Shown: positions 39,481 through 49,873 of the stretch, piece by piece
How the letters are laid out: the number at the start of each line of letters is the position of its first letter
Position numbering within the stretch: position 1 is the first letter of the stretch
Assembly (NCBI GenBank): GCA_015485695.1
Contig: WFTB01000027.1
Location: 20,183-84,182 of the forward strand
DNA from: Patescibacteria group bacterium
GTDB lineage: Bacteria > Patescibacteriota > Patescibacteriia > WFTA01 > S139-112
Reading direction: 5' to 3'
DNA length: 64,000 bases
Notes under the pieces: model-generated
What the model saw: only the letters and a program-made list of their open reading frames with translations
What the model was told of the DNA's origin: nothing
Database searches by the model: none
Translations under genes and position numbers: made by a program

Positions 39481-40611
39481 ATGGCGAGAATAACACGCAA
39501 AAAAACATCGGTAAATGACACGGACCGACTTGTCCCGTTTTACACGGGTATATTGTTCGTCGTGGGGTCCGTGTTGCTCTTGTGGTCGTCTTATATCATA
39601 AGAGGTAATGTTGGCGATATCGTTCCAACGAATGTTTCAGGTGTTTATGAGTTTGCAAAAAAAGATGAGGGTTCGGAAAAATTACCGGATGTGATGAGGA
39701 TCAACGGAACCGCGATTCACGACGGCAGTTCTCTTGAATATCCGTTCGCGGTTGTTGTTGACAACAATTCTCAGGTTGATAAGCAATATGGATTGAGTGA
39801 CGCCGTTATAGTCTATGAAATGCTTGTCGAGGGAGGGTTTACACGTTATTTGGCAATATACCAAAACAGCGTTGTGGGGAAAATAGGGCCGGTTCGGTCC
39901 GCTCGTGATTACATGTTGCCATGGGTTCTTGAATATGACGCGGATTTTGTTCATTCCGGCGGGTCTCCCAAGGCCTTGTCTGAAATCCGATCCATGAATA
40001 TTAAAAACATAGAAGAAATAAGTTTTCTTGGGACACGTTTTTTTTGGAGAGACGAAGGTTTGAAAAGTCCGCACAATTTGTTTACCAGCGCTGAGTTTAT
40101 GACTCAAGCGAGGGATTACAGGGAATACCCGTCTTCGCCGGATACCGATATATTGTTTGGGAAATTTTCGGCGCAGATACGCGATATACGACTTGAAAAC
40201 ACGATAAGCGGAAGCGCCGATAGAATAAGCATAGATTGGGGTTATGTTACGAGTCCCGATGTTTCTTATGTTTACAATCCCGAGTATTCCACCTATGACA
40301 GGTATGTGAATGAAGAGAAGGATTTTGACTATGGCACAAATACGAGTATATCTCCGATGACGGTTGTCGTATTGCGCGTTCCGGAAGAGGTTGTGGTGGA
40401 TGACGAAGGTCGCATAAGAATCGATGTAACCGGAAAAGGTGAACTGTCTGTGTTCGCAAGAGGCATGCGTATAGACGGTTCTTGGGAAAAGCCCAAGCGA
40501 GATAGTCGAACTAAATATTTTGACAGCACTGGAAACGAAATAGTGTTTTATCCAGGTCAAATATGGGTTGAAGTCGTTCCCAGTGGAAAAGAGGTTGTTT
40601 CGGGCGTGTGA
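39481..40611 (+). CDS. DUF3048 domain protein
   Basis: VYEMLVEGGFTR, GPVRSARDY, HSGGS, PHNLF, PGQIWVEVV. Confidence 0.85.
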   Translation: MARITRKKTSVNDTDRLVPFYTGILFVVGSVLLLWSSYIIRGNVGDIVPTNVSGVYEFAKKDEGSEKLPDVMRINGTAIHDGSSLEYPFAVVVDNNSQVDKQYGLSDAVIVYEMLVEGGFTRYLAIYQNSVVGKIGPVRSARDYMLPWVLEYDADFVHSGGSPKALSEIRSMNIKNIEEISFLGTRFFWRDEGLKSPHNLFTSAEFMTQARDYREYPSSPDTDILFGKFSAQIRDIRLENTISGSADRISIDWGYVTSPDVSYVYNPEYSTYDRYVNEEKDFDYGTNTSISPMTVVVLRVPEEVVVDDEGRIRIDVTGKGELSVFARGMRIDGSWEKPKRDSRTKYFDSTGNEIVFYPGQIWVEVVPSGKEVVSGV

Positions 40612-40903
40612 TTTATCGGATTTTTATGGTTTTTTTCGATGTTTTGATAGGTTTTTGCTTAAAATCCGGTAATCGTCGAGAATCTGTTATTGACGGTTTT
40701 TGCGCAATTTACTACACTACACGGTGTAGTTGCGCGGTTTACGCAACACAATGAAATGATTGTATGTGGTTCGCTTATTGATGTGTTGGTTTGGTTTTCT
40801 ATCTAAAACGTAAACATGATTTTTAATTCGACTTTATCAGTAAGTTAATTAAGCAGTATTAATGTGGTGGCGCAAGCTTTATGCTTCGCACTGCTATTTT
40901 TTT

Positions 40904-42196
40904 ATGTCACCGGAACCCAATAACGACGAAAACGATAATAATAAAAACATAACACATTCCAAAAACGGCAAACTTATTTCAAGGTTTACTTTTGCTTTTT
41001 CTATGATTGTTATAATAACCGTGGCGGGATTCACCTTTGATTGGATGGATGTGGTTAAAGGAGAAAAAGATATATCCGAAAAAAACCTTGAACAAACGGA
41101 AATAGAGTCAAAAAAGAATACAAGTCCGGACATGACGGAATACACGATTGAACCCGGGGATACGTTTGACAGCATAATGGAGAAATTTGGCGTCAATCAA
41201 GCCGACAGGCTTTTGGTGTTTGAGGTCGCAAAAGAAATACACGATTTTAGCGAGTTGAGGTCCGGACAAGTCATTAGGCTGAATGTTCAAGATGGCATAG
41301 GGTTGACGAGACTTGAGTACGAATATGGAGATGAAGATATTCTTGTAATCGAAAGAGGCGATGAAGGATTTACCGCAATAAACGTACCAATTGAATATGA
41401 GGTTAAAATCGCAACCGCAAACGGAGAAATCAAATCCTCTCTGTTCGGAGCGGCCGCCGAACAAAATGTTCCAGACGGAGTTATTATGGAGATAACGGAC
41501 ATATTGGCTTGGCAAGTGGATTTTGTTTCGGATGTTCGCGTCGGGGATTCTTTCAAGATTGTATACGAAAAACGATATAGAGACGGAGAATATGTTGATT
41601 ATGGGCGCGTTTTGGGTGTCGTGTTTACCAATCAAAACGAAGATTCATGGGCCATATTTTATGAAAACGAAGATGGCGAGAAAGGATATTATGATTTGGA
41701 AGGAAACTCCGTTAAAAAGGCGTTCTTAAAGTCACCGCTTCAATACAAATATATAAGTTCGGGTTATACTAACAGTAGACTTCATCCGGTACTGAAAAAA
41801 TATTTACCACACAGGGCGATTGATTATGCTGCTAGAGCCGGTACGCCAATAGCGGCGGTCGGGAACGGGAGAGTCACATATGCGGGCAGAAAAGGCGGAG
41901 ATGGAATATTTATAGAGATAAAACATAATAACACCTATATAACAAGGTATTCGCACATGCAGAGCATTGCGAAGGGAATAAAAGTCGGAACAAAAGTGAA
42001 ACAAAATGACATAATAGGTTATGTGGGGTCAACCGGATATTCAACGGGACCGCATTTGCAATACGCAATGCTTAAAAACAATACACCCGTGAATCCGTTG
42101 GAGATTGATTTGCCGTCGGGAGACCCGATACCGGAGATTTACATGAATGATTTTTTGTCAGTCGTTGAGAAAATAAAGCGACAATTGAACGAATAG
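40904..42196 (+). CDS. M23 peptidase (MepM/OapA-like architecture)
   Basis: TM, LysM-like, HRAIDY, YSHM, STGPHLQY. Confidence 0.9.
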   Translation: MSPEPNNDENDNNKNITHSKNGKLISRFTFAFSMIVIITVAGFTFDWMDVVKGEKDISEKNLEQTEIESKKNTSPDMTEYTIEPGDTFDSIMEKFGVNQADRLLVFEVAKEIHDFSELRSGQVIRLNVQDGIGLTRLEYEYGDEDILVIERGDEGFTAINVPIEYEVKIATANGEIKSSLFGAAAEQNVPDGVIMEITDILAWQVDFVSDVRVGDSFKIVYEKRYRDGEYVDYGRVLGVVFTNQNEDSWAIFYENEDGEKGYYDLEGNSVKKAFLKSPLQYKYISSGYTNSRLHPVLKKYLPHRAIDYAARAGTPIAAVGNGRVTYAGRKGGDGIFIEIKHNNTYITRYSHMQSIAKGIKVGTKVKQNDIIGYVGSTGYSTGPHLQYAMLKNNTPVNPLEIDLPSGDPIPEIYMNDFLSVVEKIKRQLNE

Positions 42197-42224
42197 CGTT
42201 CGTGACGAAGAATTTGAATTTCCC

Positions 42225-43469
42225 ATGCAACCAATTAAAACACAAGCGACGTTTTTTTATCGCTCATGCGCGTTTTTGTTCGCGACTATTGTAATTTTTA
42301 TTCCAGCTTTTTCATTTGCAATTGGCGATGATTTTGGAATCAGTGAAATGCGTCAGAGCGTTGAATCCAAAAAAGAAAGAATAGAAAAATTGCAAGATAG
42401 AATAAGAGAACTTAAAAAGGGTATAACCAAAAAACAAACAGAGGCTGTCACATTATCCAATCAGTTGTCAATATTGTCCGATAGAATTAAGCAAGTCGAG
42501 GCTGAGATAGAACTTTCAAATGATAAGATAGACGAAACAAAAACCGAGATAGAATTGACAAAAATCGAGATAACAAAATTGGAAAAGAACATATCCGACA
42601 ACAAAGACCGGCTAAAAAGGTTTTTACGAAAACATTACAAAATGGAACAAAGAAGACCGTTTGATGTGTTTATAACGTCCAAGTCTTTGTCAGAATACTT
42701 CAACCAATTGATTGCAGTATCTGACATTGAAATGGAAATAAAAAAGTCCATCGATGCTTTGACTTTGAAAAGGAAGGACGTAAAAGTCAGACAAAAGATA
42801 CTTCTTGACAAACAAGCTTCTATATCGGAATTGAAAGAAAAACAAGAGGAGGATAAAATAAGATTGGAACAGCAAAGATCTGCGCGCGCTGTCGTTCTCG
42901 GAGAAGCAAGAAGCTCGGAAGAAAGATTCAAGCATCTGTTACAACAGGCGAAAGCGGAACAAAATAAAGTCAATACAGAAATACGAAACATAGAACAAAC
43001 CATACGAAAAAGATTGGAGAGTTTAGGTAGCGCAGGGTTGCAAAGACTGGGTCCGGTAACGAGTATGATTGACCCGGTAACGCCAAGGCGCATTACGACG
43101 TATTTTTATGATCCGCATTATCCGTTTAGGTATTTGTTTGAACATCCGGGTTTGGATTTGGCTGTTCCGCAAGGTTCTCCGGTAAGGGCTGCGGCGCCGG
43201 GGTTTGTCGCCAAAGTAAAAGATGGAGGATTGAAGAGTTATTCGTATGTTGTTCTGGTGCATTCGGGAGGAATATCGACCGTGTACATGCATGTATCGAA
43301 AATACTGGCGAAGGAAGGGCAATTTGTAAACCAAGGAGACATAATCGCTCTGTCCGGAGGAACGCCGGGAACACCCGGAGCCGGACGTTTGAGCACCGGA
43401 GCTCATATTCAATTTGAAGTTCGAGTAAACGGAAACCCTGTTGATCCGTTAAAATATTTAAGCAAATAA
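42225..43469 (+). CDS. Coiled-coil M23 peptidase (EnvC/CwlO-like)
   Basis: Signal peptide, long coiled coil, HPGLD, YMH, STGAHIQFEVR. Confidence 0.88.
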   Translation: MQPIKTQATFFYRSCAFLFATIVIFIPAFSFAIGDDFGISEMRQSVESKKERIEKLQDRIRELKKGITKKQTEAVTLSNQLSILSDRIKQVEAEIELSNDKIDETKTEIELTKIEITKLEKNISDNKDRLKRFLRKHYKMEQRRPFDVFITSKSLSEYFNQLIAVSDIEMEIKKSIDALTLKRKDVKVRQKILLDKQASISELKEKQEEDKIRLEQQRSARAVVLGEARSSEERFKHLLQQAKAEQNKVNTEIRNIEQTIRKRLESLGSAGLQRLGPVTSMIDPVTPRRITTYFYDPHYPFRYLFEHPGLDLAVPQGSPVRAAAPGFVAKVKDGGLKSYSYVVLVHSGGISTVYMHVSKILAKEGQFVNQGDIIALSGGTPGTPGAGRLSTGAHIQFEVRVNGNPVDPLKYLSK

Positions 43470-43490
43470 TACTTCGGATTTTTCCTGATT

Positions 43491-43799
43491 ATGAAAACAC
43501 GCAAGTCAAAAATTTCATTTTTTATACTTATTGTCATGTTAAGCTTGATGACATTCGGTACTGCATGGGAAAACACGGGAATTATTAACTCTCATGAAAA
43601 ATCAACGGAAATAGGTTGCATGGGCGCTCCTTGCGGTCCTGTTGAACATATGGTTTTGCATGCTTGCATAGTACCAGACAGCGAGTCTGCCGGAATCGGG
43701 ATTGAGCCTTGTTTCGACGGCGATTTGAGATTTTACTTGAACCTTCACGAAACATTTTTGCCCACCAAGTCTCCACCTCCGAAACTCTCTTATAATTGA
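43491..43799 (+). CDS. Small exported Cys/His protein, possible leader peptide
   Basis: Signal peptide, CMGAPC, HMVLHAC, C-terminal SPPPK. Confidence 0.55.
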   Translation: MKTRKSKISFFILIVMLSLMTFGTAWENTGIINSHEKSTEIGCMGAPCGPVEHMVLHACIVPDSESAGIGIEPCFDGDLRFYLNLHETFLPTKSPPPKLSYN

Positions 43800-43834
43800 T
43801 TGATTAGATTATTATTAAATTTAAGAGAGTTTCT

Positions 43835-44335
43835 ATGAATAAACAAATTATTCTCGTTATTGTTTTCGCCGTGATTATTATAGGTGGCGGTGTGGTTTTA
43901 TCGCAAAAAAAGATAGACACTCCCGAAGAAAATGCGAGTTACGGTGAAGAATCTCAAATAACTCCCAAAAAAGAAAAAGTGGTGATGTACAAATCTCCGA
44001 ATTGCGGATGTTGTGTCGGATACGCAAAGTTTTTACGCGATAAAGGCTTTGATGTCGAGGTCGTAATCTCCGATGATATGTCCGGTCTTAAAGACAAATA
44101 CGGAATATCCGGAAACATGAGAAGCTGTCACACGATTGCCATGGGGGATTATTTTGTCGAAGGGCACGTTCCGATGGAAGCGGTAAAAAAGATGCTTGAT
44201 GAAAAACCCGATATTGACGGAATAACTTTGCCCGGGATGCCTTCAGGGACTCCCGGAATGCCGGGTTCAAAGCGTGAGCCGTATATTATCTATCAAATAC
44301 TTAACGGCGAATCAAGTGAATATATGACAATATAA
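43835..44335 (+). CDS. DUF411/CopG-like metal-binding protein
   Basis: YKSPNCGCC, SCHT, EGHVP, PGMP.G.PGM. Confidence 0.88.
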   Translation: MNKQIILVIVFAVIIIGGGVVLSQKKIDTPEENASYGEESQITPKKEKVVMYKSPNCGCCVGYAKFLRDKGFDVEVVISDDMSGLKDKYGISGNMRSCHTIAMGDYFVEGHVPMEAVKKMLDEKPDIDGITLPGMPSGTPGMPGSKREPYIIYQILNGESSEYMTI

Positions 44336-44346
44336 CAATAACAGAT

Positions 44347-44826
44347 ATGAACACTTTAGATAATAAGTACAAGAGACTAAAAGTTTTTTCGTTCGGTGTT
44401 ATAGTTTTATTGGTTGGTTTATTGTTGTTTGAGTCGATGAATTCGAACAACCTTAAAGTTCAAAATCCACAAAAAGAATTAAAACACGAAAACAATATAG
44501 CGATTATAGATGAACAAAAATCTTCCATTTCAACTCTTTTGGAGGACGGAAGATACAGGTGTTGCATGAAAGAGCCGTGTTCAAGATGTTTCGCTAAAAA
44601 GGAAAACCATGCCAAAGAAGGAGTATGTGATTGTTTGGATGACATCATGGAAGGCAAGCACCCGTGCGGAGAATGTTTGGGTGAAATCTTGGAAGGAGAG
44701 GGAAACCCTCTAATCGCAAAATATTTCGCGACTTCAATAGCCGAAAAACTTGGAGAGGAGCATTTGGGATCGATACGTCAAATCATATCCGAGCAATACG
44801 GAATATCCGAGTCGGAGCAATTATAA
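44347..44826 (+). CDS. Membrane-anchored Cys-rich hypothetical protein
   Basis: CC..PC..C, CDC, PCGEC. Confidence 0.7.
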   Translation: MNTLDNKYKRLKVFSFGVIVLLVGLLLFESMNSNNLKVQNPQKELKHENNIAIIDEQKSSISTLLEDGRYRCCMKEPCSRCFAKKENHAKEGVCDCLDDIMEGKHPCGECLGEILEGEGNPLIAKYFATSIAEKLGEEHLGSIRQIISEQYGISESEQL

Positions 44827-44907
44827 GAACGAGCTTTCCTTGACATACTTTTTCATATTGATTGCTTTCATTTCAAAATACTTGTTTTAATTTAATATAA
44901 TATTCAT

Positions 44908-46851
44908 ATGTCAGACCACATTCAAGGGGGTTGTCAGAGTTGTTCGCACGAACCCGAAAGAAACGCCAAAAAAGAAAACTCAAAATACGATTGGAAAAAA
45001 ATCTTAACAGCCGTTTCGGGAGTGAGTTTTTTGATTGCGCTTTCGTTTTCTTGGTGGTTTGACATAGAACAAGGGGCTAGGATTTTATATTTGTTGTCAA
45101 TAGCTTCTGGAGGGTATTATGTTTTGTTGGGCGCCATAAGAGGGATTACGAAGCAAAAGTTTTTGAATATAGATTTTTTGGTTGTTATAGCCTCCATCGG
45201 CGCGATTTATATCGATCAGCTTGCTGAAGCTTCCGCTGTCGTATTCTTTTTTTCTTTGGCGGAAGCGTTTGAGCGTTTCGGAATAGAGAGATCGAGGCGA
45301 GCTTTGGAATCATTGGTGAAAAACTCTCCGCAAACGGCAATATTGGAAAATGGCGAAGAGGTGCATGTGGAATCCGTAAAAATCGGCGATATTGTGATAG
45401 TAAGACCTGGAGACCTTATACCTCTTGATGGAATCGTTATTAAGGGCTCGTCATCCGTTGATGAGGCAAACATAACGGGCGAATCCATACCGAAAGACAA
45501 ATACGAAAAAGACACCGTATTCGCGGGAACAATAAATCAGAACGGCTATCTGGAAATCAAGGTCACAAAAGAAAGCGGGGATTCGACATTCGCGAAAATA
45601 ATCGACTTGGTTGAGAAAGCTCAGTCGTCTCAAGCTCCGGCCCAGGAATTCATAGACAGATTCGCAAAGTATTACACTCCTTTGATAGTTATAACCTCGA
45701 TATTGATAACGGTTGTGCCTACGGTGTTTTTCGGAGAATCGTTTGAAGTGTGGTTGTACAGGGCTTTGGTTTTGCTGGTGATAGCTTGTCCTTGCGCTCT
45801 TGTCATATCGACACCGGTTTCAATAGCGTCCGCTGTCGGAGGAGCGTCAAAAAGAGGGGTGTTGGTTAAGGGTGGCATGTTCCTTGAAGCGCTCGGCAAG
45901 ATAAGGGCCGTCGCGTTTGACAAAACAAAAACTCTAACTGTCGGAGAACCTTATGTATCTGACATTATTACGTTTAACGGATATTCTGAAGAGGATGTTC
46001 TGGCGGACGCTGCGGGAATAGAAAAGTTTTCTTCGCACCCTTTGGCGAAGAGTATTTTGGATTTCGCTCAAAAAAGAGGAGTAACACCTCATGTAATGGA
46101 AAAATACCAAAACGTTGCGGGAAAAGGAGGAAAAGCGACGTGCCTTGTTTGCGAAGATGTTGAACATTGCGTGGGCAACATGAAACTAATAGAATCAAAA
46201 GGCGTTTCCACAAAAGAGGTTATCGAAAAAACCGAAGAACTGGAAAAACAAGGAAAAACGGTGGTCTTGGTGAGCGGTGACAGTAAAATAATGGGCGCGT
46301 TGGCAATATCCGACAGGATTCGTCCGGAGGCGCGAAAAACCATAGAAAAGATAGAGAGTATGGGTGTTGTAACCGCGATGCTTACCGGCGATAATCAACA
46401 TACTGCGAATTTTGTCGCTAAAGAATTAAATGTTGACAAGGTGTATGCGTCCCTTTTGCCTGATGAAAAAGTTGAAAAAATAGAAGAATTGAAAAAAGAA
46501 TTCAAAGAAGTCGCCATGGTTGGAGACGGAGTTAACGACGCCCCTTCTCTCGTTACATCCACCGTAGGAATAGCTATGGGGGCCGGAGGTTCGGACGTTG
46601 CCGTTGAGACGGCTGATGTTGCCCTTATGAACAATAATTTGGAAAACATTCCGTCTTTGATGTCTTTGGGTAGAAAAACAATACTCACGATAAGATGGAA
46701 TATAGTAGCCGCGCTTGGCGTGAAAGCCGTATTTTTGATATCTGCTTTGTTCGGAGTCACGCACCTTGAATTTGCCATAGGGGCTGATTCGGGAATGGCG
46801 ATTCTTGTTATATTGAACAGTTTGAGATTGTTCCGTTTTGACACGGCATAA
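44908..46851 (+). CDS. Heavy-metal P1B-type ATPase (ZntA/CadA-like)
   Basis: TGES, CPC, DKTKT (variant), HP, TGDN, GDGVNDAP. Confidence 0.93.
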   Translation: MSDHIQGGCQSCSHEPERNAKKENSKYDWKKILTAVSGVSFLIALSFSWWFDIEQGARILYLLSIASGGYYVLLGAIRGITKQKFLNIDFLVVIASIGAIYIDQLAEASAVVFFFSLAEAFERFGIERSRRALESLVKNSPQTAILENGEEVHVESVKIGDIVIVRPGDLIPLDGIVIKGSSSVDEANITGESIPKDKYEKDTVFAGTINQNGYLEIKVTKESGDSTFAKIIDLVEKAQSSQAPAQEFIDRFAKYYTPLIVITSILITVVPTVFFGESFEVWLYRALVLLVIACPCALVISTPVSIASAVGGASKRGVLVKGGMFLEALGKIRAVAFDKTKTLTVGEPYVSDIITFNGYSEEDVLADAAGIEKFSSHPLAKSILDFAQKRGVTPHVMEKYQNVAGKGGKATCLVCEDVEHCVGNMKLIESKGVSTKEVIEKTEELEKQGKTVVLVSGDSKIMGALAISDRIRPEARKTIEKIESMGVVTAMLTGDNQHTANFVAKELNVDKVYASLLPDEKVEKIEELKKEFKEVAMVGDGVNDAPSLVTSTVGIAMGAGGSDVAVETADVALMNNNLENIPSLMSLGRKTILTIRWNIVAALGVKAVFLISALFGVTHLEFAIGADSGMAILVILNSLRLFRFDTA

Positions 46852-46880
46852 AATAGCGACTTTGAAAATTCAGGCTAACG

Positions 46881-46917
46881 CAAAACCCTCTCAAAATAGG
46901 AATTTGAGAGGGTTTTG
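46881..46917. terminator. Bidirectional terminator
   Basis: CAAAACCCTCTCAAA/TTTGAGAGGGTTTTG stem between convergent genes. Confidence 0.85.
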
Positions 46918-46936
46918 ACGTTGTTCGGGAGCGTTT

Positions 46937-47710
46937 TTACAACAGAGGTTCTATTCTTGATTTTAATTGTTCAAATGACATCGCTCCGGAGGCTGGTATT
47001 ATTTTGTCTCCCGATATTATGACTGAATATGGCGTTCCTTTTGCTCCCGCGAATTGCGCGTTTTTCGCGTGAGAAGAAACTTTTTGAGCGTATTTTCCGG
47101 AAGATAAGCATTTTTCAAATTCTTTTTCATTTAACCCCAAATCCGATGCGACTTTTGTTAATTCACCGACTTCAACTTCGTTTTTGAACAAATAATCAAG
47201 GTATGTCCAAAACCCTTCATTGCCTTTTTGTTCACCGGCGCATTCCGTCGCCTCCGCTTTCTTTGGCGCATCAGGGTGCAATGAGATAAGAGGGAAATGT
47301 CTGTAAACCCAATTCACTTGACCGTCGTAGTAATCGACTATTTGTTTCATGGTCGGGTGAAATCTGGCGCAGAACGGACAATCTATGTCAGAGTATTCGA
47401 TAATTGAAACTTTGGCGTCCTTGTCTCCTCTTATCCAGTCCGATTTTAATACGGTTACCGATTCTTTTGCGTTTCCGTAGTTTATGTTGTCATCCGGCTT
47501 CGATTTTGACGGTTTTGTGACTTCGTATCTTGAATCCGAGTTTTTCGCAAGTTCGGAACCGTCATCCTTATTTAGCAGTATTCCCAACATGACGAAAAAA
47601 CCTATTGCGAACAATAAACCTAGCGCGCTACCGAACCCTATAAAAAACGTTGCCTTCTGAGAGAGTTTTGATGTTGTGCTTTCGTTTTTTTGCGAGTCGT
47701 TTTTTTTCAT
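46937..47710 (-). CDS. DsbA family thioredoxin-fold protein
   Basis: EYSDIDCPFC, RHFPL, GTP. Confidence 0.92.
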   Translation of the reverse strand: MKKNDSQKNESTTSKLSQKATFFIGFGSALGLLFAIGFFVMLGILLNKDDGSELAKNSDSRYEVTKPSKSKPDDNINYGNAKESVTVLKSDWIRGDKDAKVSIIEYSDIDCPFCARFHPTMKQIVDYYDGQVNWVYRHFPLISLHPDAPKKAEATECAGEQKGNEGFWTYLDYLFKNEVEVGELTKVASDLGLNEKEFEKCLSSGKYAQKVSSHAKNAQFAGAKGTPYSVIISGDKIIPASGAMSFEQLKSRIEPLL

Positions 47711-48079
47711 AAATTTTCGATTTTAAATTATTAAAATTTTTATACGAGTAAAGTATATCACGGAAAAACAAAATTTCAATACAAAATTTAAGTTTTTTGT
47801 CATATGAACAAGCGAAATTAATCATTGGGTTATGTATGCAAAGAAAATGAGCGTCACGAATTTGAATTTTGGTTCCGATTTTGAGATTATCGTAATTCCG
47901 TTATTTGCAATAATCTCTTTACGTCGATATAATTCGTGATAGATTATCAACATATTCGCTTTTGCGCTTCTTACGCATATTGATTCGGTAATCTGAATTT
48001 TCTCTCAAAACATGTTTAAGATTGAATTCGGTCTTTGACATGGTTTGAGTTTTGGTAATTTCGTTTAAAGATTATATAA

Positions 48080-49780
48080 ATGGAAGTCTTCGTAGAAATA
48101 AGCGTTATCATAGCCATAGCCGTTGTTGTATCCGGAATATTGCATTTTTTAAAACAGCCGTTGATTATAGGTTATATATTTACGGGCATTATCGTCGGAC
48201 CGTCTTTTTTGAATTTGGTAAGCTCTTCCGACGCATTGGGGATTTTTGCGCACATAGGAATAGCGATGTTATTGTTCGCTGTCGGTTTAAGCCTTGATCC
48301 GGGAATTATAAGGCATGTCGGTAAAGTATCGTTCATAACCGGTATCGGACAGGTTGTAATGACATCGGGCGTGGGTTTTTTTATCGCATTGACTCTCGGA
48401 TTTTCAGTCATATCTTCCGTGTATATAGCGGTTGCATTGACATTCAGCAGTACCATCATAATAATGAAACTTCTTTCGGATAAGGGTGACATGGAATCCT
48501 TGTACGGAAAGATAGCGATGGGATTCCTTTTGGTTCAAGACGTAATCGTTATTTTGGTTCTTATGACCGTAAGCTCCCTTTCCGAAGGGTTTGTCTTGTC
48601 TTCGTTCGCTTTTAACTTGATAGTGAAAGGAATCGGCGTTCTGGGGCTTACTTTTGTTATCGGCTCGTATTTGATATCCAGAGTGACTTCGATAATAGCG
48701 AAATCTCAAGAATTTTTATTATTATTTTCGATAAGTTGGTGTTTGGCGTTGGCGTCTTTCACTTATTATCTCGGCTTTTCCATAGAGATAGGGGCGTTGC
48801 TCGCCGGTATCACATTGGCAGTGTCTCCGTTCAAGCATGAAATAAGCGCCAAGATGAGACCTTTGAGAGATTTTTTCATTGTCTTGTTTTTCATTCTCTT
48901 GGGGTCTCAAATGGTATTTGCCGACATAGGTCAGTATATCGTTCCTATATTGATTTTTTCCGCCTTTATACTGTTCGGAAATCCGTTGATTGTCATGGTT
49001 ATCATGGGGCTTATGGGGTATACGAAGCGAAACGGTTTTCTTGCGGGGTTAACCGTCGCTCAAATAAGCGAATTTTCTTTGATTTTTGTCGCGCTCGGGG
49101 TTACGGTCGGGCATTTGGATAGAGGAATTTTATCTCTGGTCACGGTCGTTGGACTGATAACAATCGCGGGTTCGACTTATTTGATATTGTACGCCGATAA
49201 CGTATATGCGAAATTCTCAAAATATCTGAGTGTTTTTGAGAAAAAGGGAAATAAAACAGATGACAGAAAGTATCATAAGAAAAAAACCTATAGTTGTATT
49301 TTGTTCGGGTATAACAGAGTTGGGTTTGATGTTTTAAAATCTTTCGAAAAAATAAAAAAGAAATTTTTGGTAATAGATTATGACCCGGAAGTGATATCAA
49401 ATCTTGCAAAACAAGGCGTCAGTTGCAGGTATGGTGACGCCGACGATTCGGAATTATTGGACGAAATTGATTTTTCCTCCATTAAGATGGTGGTGTCAAC
49501 AATACCTTCCTTGGAAACCAATCTTTTATTGGTTGATAAAATCAAAAAAACGAATAAGAAAATAATTTTCGTCGCCACTTCCACTCAGATAGATGACGCT
49601 TTGGCATTATATGAAGCCGGGGCTTCGTATGTTTTATTGCCTCATTTTTTGGGTGGTCACTATGTGTCGGAACTTATTAAAAAACACGGTCTTCGAGTTG
49701 GTGAATTTTCCAAAACCAGGGACAAACACATTAAATATTTACTAAAGAGAAAGGGCCCCGGTCTCAACGGAATCGAGTAA
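48080..49780 (+). CDS. CPA2 cation:proton antiporter with TrkA-N domain (Kef-like)
   Basis: SSTII..KLL, QD, QISEFS, GYNRVG, YGDA. Confidence 0.92.
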   Translation: MEVFVEISVIIAIAVVVSGILHFLKQPLIIGYIFTGIIVGPSFLNLVSSSDALGIFAHIGIAMLLFAVGLSLDPGIIRHVGKVSFITGIGQVVMTSGVGFFIALTLGFSVISSVYIAVALTFSSTIIIMKLLSDKGDMESLYGKIAMGFLLVQDVIVILVLMTVSSLSEGFVLSSFAFNLIVKGIGVLGLTFVIGSYLISRVTSIIAKSQEFLLLFSISWCLALASFTYYLGFSIEIGALLAGITLAVSPFKHEISAKMRPLRDFFIVLFFILLGSQMVFADIGQYIVPILIFSAFILFGNPLIVMVIMGLMGYTKRNGFLAGLTVAQISEFSLIFVALGVTVGHLDRGILSLVTVVGLITIAGSTYLILYADNVYAKFSKYLSVFEKKGNKTDDRKYHKKKTYSCILFGYNRVGFDVLKSFEKIKKKFLVIDYDPEVISNLAKQGVSCRYGDADDSELLDEIDFSSIKMVVSTIPSLETNLLLVDKIKKTNKKIIFVATSTQIDDALALYEAGASYVLLPHFLGGHYVSELIKKHGLRVGEFSKTRDKHIKYLLKRKGPGLNGIE

Positions 49781-49873
49781 ATTTGATTTTGTTAAGTTTT
49801 TTCGTATGTGTTTTTTGAGAATCGATTTTAAACAGGACGTTTAAGGCGCGCTTGCGGGGCGATAGATTGAAGT

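Noticed and set aside
39682-40560. 292-aa antisense ORF
   Set aside because: Lies wholly opposite the DUF3048 gene with no recognisable motif; a shadow frame, like the many shorter antisense ORFs in the track.
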